Below are positions 12,448 to 25,745 of a DNA stretch of 64,000 nt, one piece after another (position 1 is the first letter of the stretch; every line of letters begins with the position of its first letter). Origin of the DNA: Squalus acanthias (taxonomy: Eukaryota); contig JASTWF010000351.1 in the NCBI GenBank assembly GCA_030390025.1, positions 434,001-498,000 of the forward strand, read 5' to 3'. A program made the position numbers and the translations under genes. Below the pieces are notes generated by a model, which saw only the letters and a list, made by a program, of their open reading frames with translations, was not told where the DNA came from and did not search any database.

Positions 12448-13923
12448 TACATCGACGACATTTTCTTCCTATGGACCCACGGTGAAGCATCACTGAAAAG
12501 ACTACACAATAACATCAACAAGTTCCATCCCACCATCAAACTCACCATGGACTACTCCTCAGAATCGGTTTCATTCTTGGACACACGAATCTCCATCAAA
12601 GATGGACACCTCAGCACTTCACACTACCGCAAGCCCACGGACAACCTAACCATGCTCCACTTCTCCAGATTCCACCCTAACCACGTTAAAGAAGCCATCC
12701 CCTATGGGCAAGCCCTGCGAATACACTGGATCTGCTCAGACAAGGAGGAACGCGACGGACACCTATGGACGCTGAAAGATTCCCTCGTAAGAACGGGATA
12801 TGAAGCTCGACACATCGATCGACGGTTCCGACGGGCCACAGCAAAAAATCGCATAGACCTCCTCAAAAGACAAACACAGGACACAACCAACAGAGTACCC
12901 TACGTCGTCCAGTACTTCCCCGGAGTGGAGAAACTACGCCATGTTCTTCGCAGCCTTCAATATGTCATCGATGACGATGAACACCTCACTAAGGCCATCC
13001 CCATGCCCCCACTACTCGCCTTCAAACAGCCGCCTAACCTCAAACAGACCATCGTTCGCAGCAAATTACCCAGCTTTCAGGAGAACAGCGACCACGACAC
13101 CACACAACCCTGCCACGGCAACCTCTGCAAGACATGCCAGATCATCAACACAGATACCATCATCACACATGAGGACACCACCCACCAGGTACATGGTACA
13201 TACTCATGTGACTCGGCCAACGTTGTCTACCTCATACGTTGCAGGAAAGGATGCCCCAGAGCATGGTACATTGGCGAGACCATGCAGACACTGCAACAAC
13301 GTATGAACGGACACTGCGCAACAATCGCCAGGCAGGAGTGTTCCCTCCCAGTCGGGGAACACTTCAGCAGTCAAGGACATTCAGCCTCCGATCTTCGGGT
13401 AAGCGTTCTCCAAGGCGGCCTTCGAGACACACGACAATGCAAAATTGTCGAGCAGAAACTGATAGCCAAGTTCCATACCCATGAGGACGGCCTCAACCGG
13501 GATCTTGGGTTCATGTCACGCTACATGTAACCCCACCTGACGTAGAGTCATCCAGACTCGAGTCGTCATTGGCTTGTTCTCTCTACACAGATGCGGCCAG
13601 ACCTGCTGTGATTTCCAGCAAAAAAAGTTTTTTGTTTTCCATACAGACCCCAGCATCTGCCACATTGTCTTTGATGTAATGTTTTCCTGACTGACCTGTT
13701 TGGACACCATCCACACCTTTGATTGCCGTGATTACCTCTCTGCCGAGGTGTGATAAAGGGCAGTTGGAAAGATTAACTGTAATCAATTGGCAGTGTTCTC
13801 TGACTATATATGCTGTGCCTATATGCATCTCTTCACTTCACCTGATGAAGGAGCAGCGCTCCGAAAGCTTGTGATTTCAAATAAAGCTGTTGGACTATAA
13901 CCTGGTGTTGTGCGACTTCTCAC
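12448..13923 (+). mobile_element. Penelope-like retroelement (probably Neptune clade), 5'-truncated: RT C-terminus, Cys-rich linker, GIY-YIG endonuclease, pLTR
   Basis: Open frame from YIDDIFF (12448) through FLD, PCHGNLCKTC and NVVYLIRC...WYIGET...RMNGH to a stop at 13530. Flanked by a 9-bp direct repeat ACTGTGTGT (12439-12447, 13924-13932). Confidence 0.93.
13838..13874 (+). ncRNA. Minimal type I hammerhead ribozyme motif in the Penelope pLTR
   Basis: TCAC-CTGATGA-A-GGAGC-AGC-GCTCC-GAAA-GCT-T-GTGA: core boxes, stem I TCAC/GTGA, stem II GGAGC/GCTCC, palindromic AGCT stem III. Confidence 0.8.
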
Positions 13924-14394
13924 ACTGTGTGTGTGAATAGTTCTGTATCACTCAGTCTCTGGTGACTTATGTAAGTTAAGGGAATCTTTCTCAATCTCAG
14001 TCTCTGTTACACTATGTGAGTGTGAGATCGATTTGTTTCCTATCCGTCACTGATACCATTCATCAGTCTGGGATTCCATCTGTATCCGTCAGACTCTGGT
14101 ACCATGTGTCAGTGTTGGGATTCATTCGGAATCTGTCATTCTCGAGTAGTGTACGTGTGTGTGATATTAATTCTGTATCTGTCTCTCACTGGGATGTGTG
14201 AGTCTGAGATTCATTCTGCATCTGTCATCCACTGGGACGGTGTGCGAGTCTGAGATTCATTCTTTATCTGTCAGTCTCTGGTACTGTATGTTAGTGTCGG
14301 ATTAGTTCTGAATCAGTCTGTCTCTAGCACTTTCTTTCAGCGAAGGATTCTGCATGAATATGCTATACACTCGGTTTATGAAAGTAGGATTCGT

Positions 14395-17300
14395 ACATAG
14401 ATACATAGATACATACATAGAAGATAGGAGCAGGAGTAGGCCATTCGGCCCCTCGAGCCTGCTCTGCCATTCGATGAGATCATGGCTGATCATCCAAACT
14501 CAGTACCCTGTACCTGCCTTCTCCACATATCCCTTGATACCTTAAGCTTTAAGAAATATATCTAACTCATTCTTCAATATATTTAATGACTTGGCCTCAA
14601 CTACCTTCTGTGGTAGAGAATTCCACAGGTTCACCACTCTCTGGGTGAAGAAATTCTTCCTCATTTCTGTCCTAAATGGCTTAACACTTATCCTTAGATT
14701 ATGACCCCTGGTTCTGGACTCTCCGACCATCGGGAACATTCTTCCTGCATCTAGTTTGTCCAGACAAGTCAGAATTTTATATGTTTCGATGAGATCCCCT
14801 CTCATTCTTCTATACTCCAGTGAATATAAGCCGAATCGACCCAATCTCTCCTCATATGTCATTCCTGCCATCCCAGGTATCAGCCTTGTGAATCTTCGCT
14901 GAACTCCTTCCATGGCAAGAACATCCTTCCTCAGATAAGGCGACCAAAACTGCACACAGTACTCAAGGTGTGGTCTCACCAAGGCCCTGTACAACTGCAG
15001 CAGGACATCCCTGTTCCTATACTCAAGCCCTTTCGCTATGAAGGCCAACATACCATTTGCCTTCTTCACCGCCTGCTGCACCTGCATGCTTACTTTCAGC
15101 GACTGGTGCACAAGGACACCCAGGTCTCGTTGCACTTCCCCTTCTCCCAATCTATTGCCATTCAGATAATAGTCTGCCTTTCTGTTTTTGACACCAAAGT
15201 GGATAACCTCGCATTTATCCACGTTATATTGCATCTGCCACGCTTCTGCCCACTCACCCAACCTGTCCAAATCATTCTGGAGTTTCTCGGCATCCTCCTC
15301 GCAGCACACACTCCCACCCAGCTTTGTGTCATCTGCAAACTTGGAGATACTACATTTAGTTCCCTTATCAAGATCATTAATGTATATTGTGAATAGCTGG
15401 GGTCCAAGGACCGATCCCTGCGGTACCCCACTAGTCACTGCTTGCCACTCAGAAAAAGACCCATTAATTCCTACTCTCTGCTTTCTGTCCGCCAACCAGT
15501 TCTCTATCCATGTCAATACCTTGCCCCCAATCCCATGTGCCTTAACTTTACATGCTAATCTCTTATGCGGGACCTTATCGAAAGCCTTTTGAAAGTCCAA
15601 ATACACCACATCTACTGGTTCTCCCTTATCTATTTTCCCAGTTACATCCTCAAAAAATTCCAGTAGATTATTCAAGCACGATTTACCTTTTGTAAATCCA
15701 TGTTGACTTTGTCCGATCCTGTCACTGTTTTTCAAGTGCTCAGCTATTACATCCTTTATAATGGAATCTAGCATTTTCCCCACTACCGATGTCAGGCTTA
15801 CTGGTCTGTAATTCCCCGCTTTCTCTCTACCACCATTTTTGAATAGTGGGCTAACATTAGCTACCCTCCAATCCATGGGTACAGTTCCAGATTCCATCGA
15901 ATGTTGGAAGATGATCAGCAATACATCTACTATTTCTAGGGCCACTTCCTTAAGTACTCTAGGATGTAGATTATCATGCCCTGGGGATTTATCGGCCTTC
16001 AATCCCGTCAATTTCCCTAACACCATTTCCCTGCAAATACTGATTTCTTTCAGTTCCTCCCTTTCATCAGACCACATGTTCTCCAACATCTCTGGGAGAT
16101 TATTTGTGTCCTCCTTTGTGAAGACAGAACCAAAATATGCATTTAATTGGTCTGCCATTTCTTTGTTCCCCATTATAACTACCCCCGCTTCTGACTGCAA
16201 GGGACCTACACTTGATTTCACTAATCTTTTTCTCTTCACATATCTATAAAAGCTTTTACAGTCACTTTTTATATTCCCAGCAAGCTTACTTTCATATTCT
16301 ATTTTCCCTTTCCTAATTAATCCCTTTGTCTTCCTTTGTTGAATCCTAAGCTGCTCCCAATCCTCAGGGTTACCGCTTTTTCTAGCCAATTTATATGTCC
16401 TCTCCTTGGATCTTATGCTATCCCTAATTTCCCTTATTAGCCATGGTTGAGTCACCCTTTTTGTTTTATTCTTATGCCACACTGGGATGAACAAATTCTG
16501 TAGTTCATCCATGCTGTCTTTGACTGTTTGCCATTGCCTATCCACCGTCAACCCCTTGAGTGACATTCCCCAATCAATCCTACCCAATTTGCGCCTCATA
16601 CCATCGTAGTTTCCTTTATTTAAATTCAGGACACTAGTCTCTGATTCAAATACTTCACTCTCCATCCTAATGAAGAATTCTATCATATTATGATCACTCT
16701 GACCCAAGGGGCCTCGTACAACAAGATTGCTAATTAATCCTTTCTCGTTACATAATACCCAGTCTAAGATGGCCTGATCTCTGGTTGGTTCCTCGACATA
16801 TTATTCCAGAAAACCATCCCGTAAACATTCTTGGAATTCCTCCTCCACAGTATTTTTACTAATTTGGTTAGCCCAATCTATATGTAAATTAAAGTCACCC
16901 ATGATGACTGCTGTGCCCTTACTGCATGCTTCTCTAATTTCCCTTTTAATGCCATCCCCATCCTCCGTATTTCTGTTTGGAGGTCTATATACCACTCCCA
17001 CTAACATTTTCTGCCGCTTGTTATTTCTCAGTTCTACCCATACAGATTCCGCATCATCAGAGCTAATATCCTTCCTTTCAATTGTGTTAATCCCCTCTTT
17101 AACCAGCAATGCTACCCCACCTCCCTTTCTTTTTTGCTTATGTTTCCTAAATATTGAATAACCCTGGATGTTGAGTTCCCAGCCTTGGCCACCCTGGAGC
17201 CATGTTTCTGTAATCCCAATCAAATCGTATTCATTTACCTCTATTTGCGCAGCTAATTCATCCACCTTGTTCCGAATGCTCCTTGCATTAAGACACAAAG

Positions 17301-17865
17301 CCTTCAGGCTTGTTTTTTTAATGCTCTCAGACCTATATGAATTATTATTTACTGTGACCATGTTTGATTTAAACCGTTGAGTTCTTTGCCTTCTACTTTT
17401 GTTTTTCTCCTTTCTGTCTTTAGCTTTTATCATTGTTTCCCTTTCCTCTGTCTCCCTGCCACTTTAGTTTAAACCCTCCCCAACAGCACTAGCAAACACT
17501 CCCCCTTGGACATCGGTCCCGGCCCTGCCCAGGTGCAGACCGTCCCATTTGTACTGGTCCCACCTCCCCCAGAACCAGTTCCAATGTCCCAGGAATTTGA
17601 ATCCCTCCCCTTTGCACCATTCCTCTGGCCATGTATTCATTTGAAATATCCTCCTATTTCTACTCTGACTAGCACGTGGCACTGGTAACAATCCTGAGAT
17701 TACTACCTTTGAGGTTCTATTTTTTACTTTACCTCCTAACTCCCTATATTCTGCTTTTAGGACCTCATCCCGTTTTTTACCTATATTGTTGATGCCTATG
17801 TGCACCACGACAACTGGCTGTTTGCCCTCTCCCTCCAAAATGTTCTGTAGCCGCTCCGAGACGTC
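14395..17865 (-). mobile_element. CR1 LINE, 5'-truncated in ORF1; ORF2 with premature stops
   Basis: ORF1 esterase remnant 17464-17838; endonuclease 16801-17433 ending at a premature TAA; RT 14542-16707; CR1 3' UTR and (tatgtatc) tail. Confidence 0.97.
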
Positions 17866-18640
17866 TCTGGTACTTGATGTAAGTCAGAGATTCATTCCAT
17901 TTCTGCTAGTATCTGGTACTGTATGTGAGTGTGGGACTGAATGTATCTGTAAATAAATTGTACTGCATGTGATTGTATACTCATTCTGTATCTGCCAGGC
18001 CCACTGATGATCTGTGTTACTGTGATATCAGAGTGTGAGATTCATTCTTTGTATCTATCATCTCTGATACTGTATGTGAGTGTCAGTTTAATTCTGTCTG
18101 TCACTATCTGGTACTGTATGTGAGTGTGAGATTTATTCTGTTTATCTGTCAGTCTCTGATACTGTATGTGAGCGTGAGATTTATTCTGCACCTGTCAGTC
18201 TCTGAAAATCTGTGTCAGTGTGGATTGATTCTGTATTAGTCAGTGTCAAATACACTTTGTGACAGTGACGTACAATCTGTGTCTGTCAGTCTCTGGTAAT
18301 ATGTTTGAGAGTGAGATTCATTCTGTATCAGTCAGTCTTTAATACTCTGTATCAGATTGGGATTCATTTTGTCTCTATCATTTTGTGGTACTGTATATAA
18401 GCATGGGATCCATTCTGTACCTGTTTGTCTCTGATTCTTTGAGTTAGTGTGCGATTCATTCTCTCTTTGTCAGTCTATGATTCTGTATGTGAGAGTTAGA
18501 TTAATTCAGTATCTGTCAGTCTCTGGTGTTGTATGGAAGTGTGGGATTCATTCTGTATATGTCAGTCTCTGATACAATGTGTGAGAGTTCAATTAATTCT
18601 GTATCTGTCAGTCTCTGGTACTGTGTGTGAGTGTGGGAGT
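17866..18640 (+). repeat. Degenerate ~41-bp satellite array
   Basis: Recurrent attctgtatctgtcagtctctggtactgtatgtgagtgtgag units. Confidence 0.85.
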
Positions 18641-18642
18641 CT

Positions 18643-19630
18643 TTCCGCAGGGGTCAGTATTAGGTCCCTTGCTTTTTGTGGTATATATCAACAATCTTGA
18701 CTTGAATATATGGGGTATGATTAAGAAGTTTGCAGAATATGATTGATACTGAAGAAGGAAGCTGTAGACTGCAGGAAGATATCAATAAATTGGTCAGGTG
18801 GGCAGAACAGTGGCAAATGGAATTCAATCCGGAGAAGTGTGCGTGAAGCATTTGGGGAGGTCTAACAAGGAAAGGGAATACACGTTAAATGGTAGAACAC
18901 CGAGTAGTGTAGAGGATCAAAGGGACCTTGGAATACATGGCCACAGATCCCTGAAGGTAGCAGGCCAAGCAGATAAGGTGGTTAAGAAGGCATACGGAAT
19001 GCTTGCCTTTTTAGCCGTGGTTTAGAATACAAGAGCAGGGGGGTTATGCTTCAACTGTATAAAACACTAGTTAGGCCTCAGCTAGAGTACTGCGAGCAGT
19101 TCTGGTCACCACATTACAGGAAATATGTGATTGCACTAGAGTGGGTACAGAGGAGATTTACAAGGATGTTGCCGGGTGTAGAGAATCTTAGCTAAGAGCA
19201 AAGACTGGATAGGCTGGGTCTGTTTTCCTTGGAACAGAAGAGGCTGAGGGGAGACTTTATTGAGGTGTTTAAAATTATGAGGGACATAGATAAAGTGGAT
19301 AGAAAGGACCTATTTCCCTTAGCAGCAGGGTCAAAAACCAGGGGGCACAGATCTAAAGTAATTGGGGGAAGGTTTAGAGGGCATTTGAGGGGACATTTCT
19401 TCACCCAGAGGGTTGTGGGGGTCAGGAACACACTGCCTGCAAGTGTGGTAGAGGCAGGAACCCTAACCATATTTAAAAGTACATGGATGTGCACTTGGGA
19501 TGCTCTAACCTGCAGGGCTACGGACCAAGACTGGGAAGTGGGATTAGTCTGAATAGCTCTTTGTTGACCAGCGCAGATACGATGGGCCGAAATGTCCTTC
19601 TTCCGTGCTGTAACTTTCTATGATTCTATG
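18643..19630 (+). mobile_element. Older, degenerate CR1 RT/3' fragment
   Basis: [12 protein letters not shown] start, KKAYGMLAF, EQKRLRGD...FFTQRVV with multiple frameshifts; (ttctatga) tail. Confidence 0.9.
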
Positions 19631-19790
19631 TATGTGTCATTCTCTGATACTGTATGTATGAGTGAGATTTACGCTATATATGTTAGTCTCTTGTGGTCTA
19701 TCTTGGAATTAGATTAATTCTGTGTCTGTCAGTCTCTAGTACTTTGTGTGAGAGTGAGAATCGTTCTGTATATCGCTCTCCGATACTCTT

Positions 19791-19996
19791 GCACAACACC
19801 AGGTTATAGTCCAACAGTTTTATTTGAAATCACAAGGTTTCGGAGCTATCGATCGCCCCTTCCTCAGGTGAAGGAAGGGGCGATCGATAGCTCCGAAAGC
19901 TTGTGATTTCAAATAAAACTGTTGGACTATAACCTGGTGTTGTGCGACTTCTCATTTTTGTCCACCCCAGTCCAACACCGGCATCTCCGCATCATG
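19791..19996. mobile_element. Short Penelope pLTR-derived insertion forming a 74-bp inverted repeat with a hammerhead motif
   Basis: Arms 19791-19864 and 19872-19945 (1 mismatch), 7-nt spacer. Matches the pLTR at 13850-13920. Flanked by TCC(G/A)ATACTCTTG at 19779-19791 and 19997-20009. Confidence 0.9.
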
Positions 19997-20009
19997 TCCA
20001 ATACTCTTG

Positions 20010-21236
20010 TCATTGTGTGATTGATTCTGTATTTGTCAGTGTCTAGTACTGTATGTGACAGTGAGGTACATTCTCTGTCAGTCTCTGGACTTTGTGTGAG
20101 AGTGAGATACATTCTAAAGCAGTCAGTCTTTAATAATCGGTGCCAGTGGTGGATTCATTGTGTCTCTATCATTTTCTGCTACTGCATGTGTGTGTGGGAT
20201 TCATTCTGTGTCTGTCACCCTCCGATACTCTGTGTCAGTGTGTGATTCAACCTGTACCTGTCAGTCTCTGGTAGGTGAATGTGGGTTTTATTCTGTACCT
20301 GTCAGTCTCTGATACAGGAATTTTAGGTGTTCTCTACTCGTCAGTTTCTGATATGTGACTGTGGGTTTTATTCTGCATCTTTCAATTTCTGTTCTGTGAG
20401 AATGGGTTTTATTCTGTTTCTGTCATTCTTTGGTTTTTGAATATGGGTTTTAGTCTGTGTCTGTCTGTCTATGATATTTGAATGCATTTTTTATTCGCTA
20501 TCTCTCAATGTCTGAAGATTGAGTGTGGGTTTTATGCTATAACTGGCTGTTTCTGCTTTGTGATTGTGAGATTTACTCTGCATCAATCAGTCTCTGGTTT
20601 GTGAATGTGGGTTCTATTCTGTACCATCGATCTCTGGTATGCTATCACTGGTTTTATTCAGTACCAGTCAGTTTCTGATACATGAGTGTGGGTTTTCCTT
20701 TCTACCTGTAAATTTCTGCTATGGAAGACTGGGTTCACTCTGAATCTGTAATTTTCTGTTTCGTGAGTGTGGCTTTTCGTCTTTATCTGTAAGTCTCCCC
20801 TATGTGAGTATTTTTTTCACTATCTTCTTTTTCTGGTATGCAAAGGTGTGTTTTATTATGTACCTGTCAGCTTCTGGTATGTGAGTGTGGGTTTCTTCTG
20901 TATCAGTCCGTCACAGGTGAGTGAGTGTGAGATTATTCTGTCTGTCAGTTTCTGGTATCTGAGTGTGCGTTTTACTTTGTAACTGTCAGTGTCTGGTAAG
21001 TGAGGATCGGCTTCATTCTGTACATTTCGTTTTCTTGTATGTGCGAGTGGGTTGTATTATGTACTTTTAAGTTTCTGTTGCATGTGTGACGATTTGAATC
21101 AATACCTGCTGGTTTCTGTGATGTGAGTGTAAGGTTTACTCTGTATGTGTTGGTCTCTGGTATGTGATTGTCAGTCTTGCTCTGAATCTCTCTGTCTTCC
21201 GTGTCTGAGTGTGGGTTTTACTCTGTATCTGTCTGT
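20010..21236 (+). repeat. Degenerate ~41-bp satellite array
   Basis: Recurrent gtcagtttctggtatgtgagtgtgggttttattctgtacct units. Confidence 0.85.
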
Positions 21237-24071
21237 CTCATAGAGTCATAGAGTCATAGAGTTATACAGCACAGAAAGCGGCCCTTCGGCCCATCGTGTC
21301 CACGCCGGCCATCAAGCCCTGTCTATTCTAATCCCATTTCCAGCACTTGGTCCATAGCCTTGTATGCTGTAGCGTTTCAAGTGCTCATCTAAATGCTTGT
21401 TGAATGCTGTGAGGGTTCCTGCCTCTACCACCCATTCAGGCAGTGAGTTCCAGATTCCATCCACCCTCTGGGTGATAAAGATTTTCCTCAAATCCTCTCT
21501 AAACCTCCTGCCCCTTACCTTGAATCTATGCCCCCTGGTTATTGACCCCTCTACTAAGGGGAAAAGTTCCTTTCTATCTACCCTATCTATGTCCCTCATA
21601 ATTTTGTACACCTCAATCAGGTCCCCCCTCAGCCTTCTCTGCTCTAAGGAAAACCACCCCAGCCTGTCCAGTCTTTCCTCATAGCTGAAGCGCTCAAGCC
21701 CAGGTAACATCCTGGTGAATCTTCTCTGCACCCTCTCCAAAGGAATCACATCCTTCCAATAGTGTGGCGACCAGAACTGCACACAGTATTCCAGCTGTGG
21801 CCTAACTAGCGTTTTGTACAGCTCGATCATAACCTCCCTGCTCTTATATTCTATGCCTCGGCTAATGAAGGCAAGTATCCCGTATGCCTTTTTAACCACC
21901 TTATCTGCCTGTCCTGCTGCCTTCAGGGATCTATGTACATGCACACCAAGGTCCCTCTGATCCTCTGTCCTTCCTAGGGTCCTACCATTCATTGTTTATT
22001 CCCTTGCCTTGTTAGTCCTCCCAAAATGCAATACCTCACACTTTTAATGGTTAAATTCCATTTGCCACTGTTCTGCCCATCTAACCTACCCGTCTATATT
22101 GTCCTGTAGCCTGAGGCTTCCCTCCTCGCTGTTTACCACTCCACCAATTTTCGTGGCATCTGTGAACTTACTGATCATACCTCCTACATTCATATCTAAA
22201 TCATCAATGTACACTACAAACAGCAAAGAACCCAGCACCGATCCCTGCAGACTGGAAAACTGCTAATGTAACACCCTTATTTAAAAAGGGCAGTAGACAG
22301 AAGGCTGGTAACTATAGACCGGTTAGCCTAACATCTGTGGTAGGTAAAATGTTGGAGTCCATTATTAAGGAAACAGTAACAGGACATTTGGATAATCATA
22401 ATTTAATAGGACAAAGTCAGCATGGTTTTACGAAGGGGAAGTCATGTTTGACAAATTTGCTGGAGTTCTTTGAGGAAGTAACATATAGAGTGGATAAAGG
22501 GGAGCCAGTAGACGTAGTGTATTTAGACTTCCAAAAGGCATTTGACAAGGTGCCACACAAAAGATTATTGCTTAAGGTAAAAAATCACGGGATTGGGGGT
22601 AATATTCTGGCATGGATAGAGGATTGGCTATCTAGCAGAAAGCAAAGAGTTGGGATAAATGGTTCATTCTCAGACTGGCAATCAGTAACTAGTGGTGTTC
22701 CACAGGGGTCAGTGCTGGGTCCCCAACTCTTTACAATCTATATTAACGATTTGGAGGAAGGGACCAAGTGTAACATATCAAAATTTGCAGATGATACTAA
22801 GATGGGAGGGAAAGTAGTGAGTGAGGAGGACATAAAAAACCTGCAAGGGGACATAGACAGGCTAAGTAAGTGGGCAGAGATTTGGCAGATGGAATACAAC
22901 ACTGGAAAGTGTGAGGTGATGCACTTTGGCAGGAAAAATCCTAGAGCAATTTATTATCTTAATGGCAAGAAACTGGAGTGTACTGAAGTGCAAAGGGATC
23001 TGGGGGTCCTGGTGCACGAAACTCAAAAGGTTAGTATGCAGGTGCAGCAAGTGATTAAGAAGGCAAATGGAATGTTGGCTTTCATTGCTAGGGGGATAGA
23101 ATATAAAAATAGGGAGGTATTGCTTCAGTTGTACAAGGTATTGGTGAGACCGCACCTGGAATACTGCATACAGTTTTGGTGTCCTTACTTAAGGAAAGAC
23201 ATCCTTGCTCTCGAGGCAGTGCAAAAAAGGTTCACTCGGTTAATCCCGGGGATGAGGGGGTGGTCATATGAGGAGAGGTTGGGTAGATTGGGACTCTACT
23301 CATTGGAGTTCAGAAGAATGAGAGGTGATCTTATTGAAACATACAAGAATGTGAAGGGGTTGGATCGGGTGGATGCGGGGAGGATGTTCCCGATGACGGG
23401 TGAGACTAGAACTAGGGGACACAGAATAAGGGGCTGCTCTTTCAAAACTGAGATGAGGAGGAACTACTTTACTCAGAGGGTGGTAGGTCCATGGAATATG
23501 CTGCCACAAAAAGCTGTAGAAGCTACATTATTAAATAAATTTAAAACAGAAATAGACAGTTTCCTAGAAGTAAAGGGCATTAAGGGTTACGGGGAGCGGG
23601 CAGGAATTTGGACATGAGTCTAGGTTCGGATCGGTCATGGCCCTGTGGGTAGTGGAGCGGGCCCAGGGACCGTGTAGCCTGATTCTGCTCCTATTTCGTG
23701 TGTGCAATTCTGTTAGATGCAGGAGATGGTTCTGTGATAGTAGATAGTAGATTGGCGGTTAGGATCAGATCAGCCATGATCTTATTGAATGGCGGAGCAG
23801 GCTCGAGGGGCCGATTGGCCTACTCCTGCTCCTATTTCTTATGTTCTTATGTTCTTACACCACTGGACACAGGCTTCCAGTCACAAAAACAACCTTCGAC
23901 CAAACCTCTGCCTCCTGCCACTAAGCCAATTTTGGATCCAATGTGCCAAATTGCCCTGGATCCCATGGACTCTTATCTTCTTAACAGTCTTCCATGTGGG
24001 ACTTTGTCAAAAGCCTTACTGAAGTCCCTGTAGACTACATCAATTGCACTACCCTCATCCACACACCTAGT
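21237..24071 (-). mobile_element. Older CR1 RT/3' fragment (21237-22246 plus 23857-24071) split by a younger CR1
   Basis: ORF 21312-21992 is a CR1 RT C-terminus. The halves rejoin across the SGVPQGS-coding site (gatccctgc | acaccactgg). Confidence 0.9.
22247..23856 (+). mobile_element. Young 5'-truncated CR1 (open RT frame, duplicated 3' UTR)
   Basis: ORF 22337-23617 differs from ORF 6073-7794 at only a handful of residues and has the same compound 3' UTR. Confidence 0.97.
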
Positions 24072-24879
24072 CTCTGTGTTGTGATTTAGGGTTTTACTCT
24101 ATATCTGCCAGTCACTGGGATGTAGTTGTGAGTTTTACTTTGTATATGCTATACCCTGGGATATCTGTGTGGATTTTAACCTGTAAATGTCATAATCTGG
24201 GATGTGTGTGGGAGTTTTACTCTGTATATGTTATACACTGGGATGCGAGTGTGTGCTTTACTCTGTATCTGTGATACCCTGGGATGTGTGTGGGATTTAC
24301 TCTGTATCTGTCATAATCTGGGATGTGTGAGTTAGATTTTACTCTATATCTGTAATACTCTTGGAAGTGTGTGCGGGTATTACTCTGTATCTGTTAATCT
24401 TTGGTGTGCGAGGGTGGGTTTTACTCTATATTTGTCAGTTTCTGCTTTCCGAGTGTCGGTTTTAATCTTTACCTTTCAGTTTCTGTTATGGAAGAGTGGG
24501 TGGTCATTCTGTTTATATTATTCTCTGCTGTGTGACTGTGGTTTATTCTCTATCTGTGAGGCTCCAGGCGCCGCACGGCCTACTCCTGCTTCTAATTCTA
24601 TATCTCTGGGATGTGAGTGTGGGATTTTGTCTGTAATTGTCAGATTCTGCCACGTGTGTGTGTGTGTTTTACTCAATACCTGCTGTGTCTCTGGGATGTG
24701 AGTGAGGGTTTTTCTTTGTACCCGACTGTGTCTGCTATGTGAATATGGGCTTTATTTTGCACCTGTTGTTTTCTGGTATGTGTGATTGTGTTGTATTATG
24801 TATCTGTCAGTTTGTGTTATATGATTGAGGATTTTACTCTGTCTCTGACAGTTTCTGGTATGTGAGTGTGGGTTTTCCA

Positions 24880-25615
24880 CTGTCCATATTCAGAGAGATT
24901 TGAGTGTCCTTTTACACGAATCGCAGAAAGTTAACATGCAGGTACAACAATCAATTAGGAAAGTTAATGGTATGTTATCCTTTATTGCAAAGGGGTTGCA
25001 GTAAAAGAATAAGTAAGCATTGCTGCAATTATACAGGCCTTTGGTTATACCACAACTGTAGTACTTTGTACATTTTTGATCTCCTTATCTAAGGAAGGAT
25101 ATACTTGCCTTGGGTTGGGAGCAACAAATGTTCACGAGATTGATTCCTGGGATAAGAGGGTTGTCCTATGAGGGGAGCTTGACTAAAATGGTCCTATATT
25201 CTCTGGATTTTAGAAGAATGAGAGGTGATCTCATTGAAACATTTCAAATTCTTAGAGTGCTTGGCAGGAGTAGATGCTGCTAGGTTGTTTCCGCTGGCAG
25301 GAGAGTCTAGAACTAGGGGTCATAGTCACACAATAAGGCGTCGGACAATTCGGACTGAGATGATGAGAAATGTATCCAGTCAGAGGGTTGTGAATCTTTG
25401 GAATTCTCTACTGCATAGGGCTGTAGATGCTCAGTTGCTGATTGTATTCAAGACTGAGATCATAGATGTTTGGGCACTAAGGGAATCAAGGGATATAGGG
25501 ATAGGGTGGGAAATTGCAGTTGTGGTAGAAGTTCAGCCATGATCTTATTGAATGGCGGAGCAGGCTTGAGGATCTTTATAACAAATTCCTGCTACTATTT
25601 CTTATTTTCTTATAG
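24880..25615 (+). mobile_element. Old degenerate CR1 3' fragment
   Basis: Frameshifted RT C-terminus (FPLAGESRTRGHS...QRVVNLWNSL) and CR1 3' UTR cagccatgatcttattgaatggcggagcagg. Confidence 0.88.
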
Positions 25616-25745
25616 TTGACAGTCTCTAGGATGTGATTGCAAATTTATTTTGTATCTGTCATCTATGGAATGTGGGACTAGTTTTATTTCACTATCTTCA
25701 GTTTCTGGTATGTGGATCTTGGATTTATTATGCACCTGTGACAGA

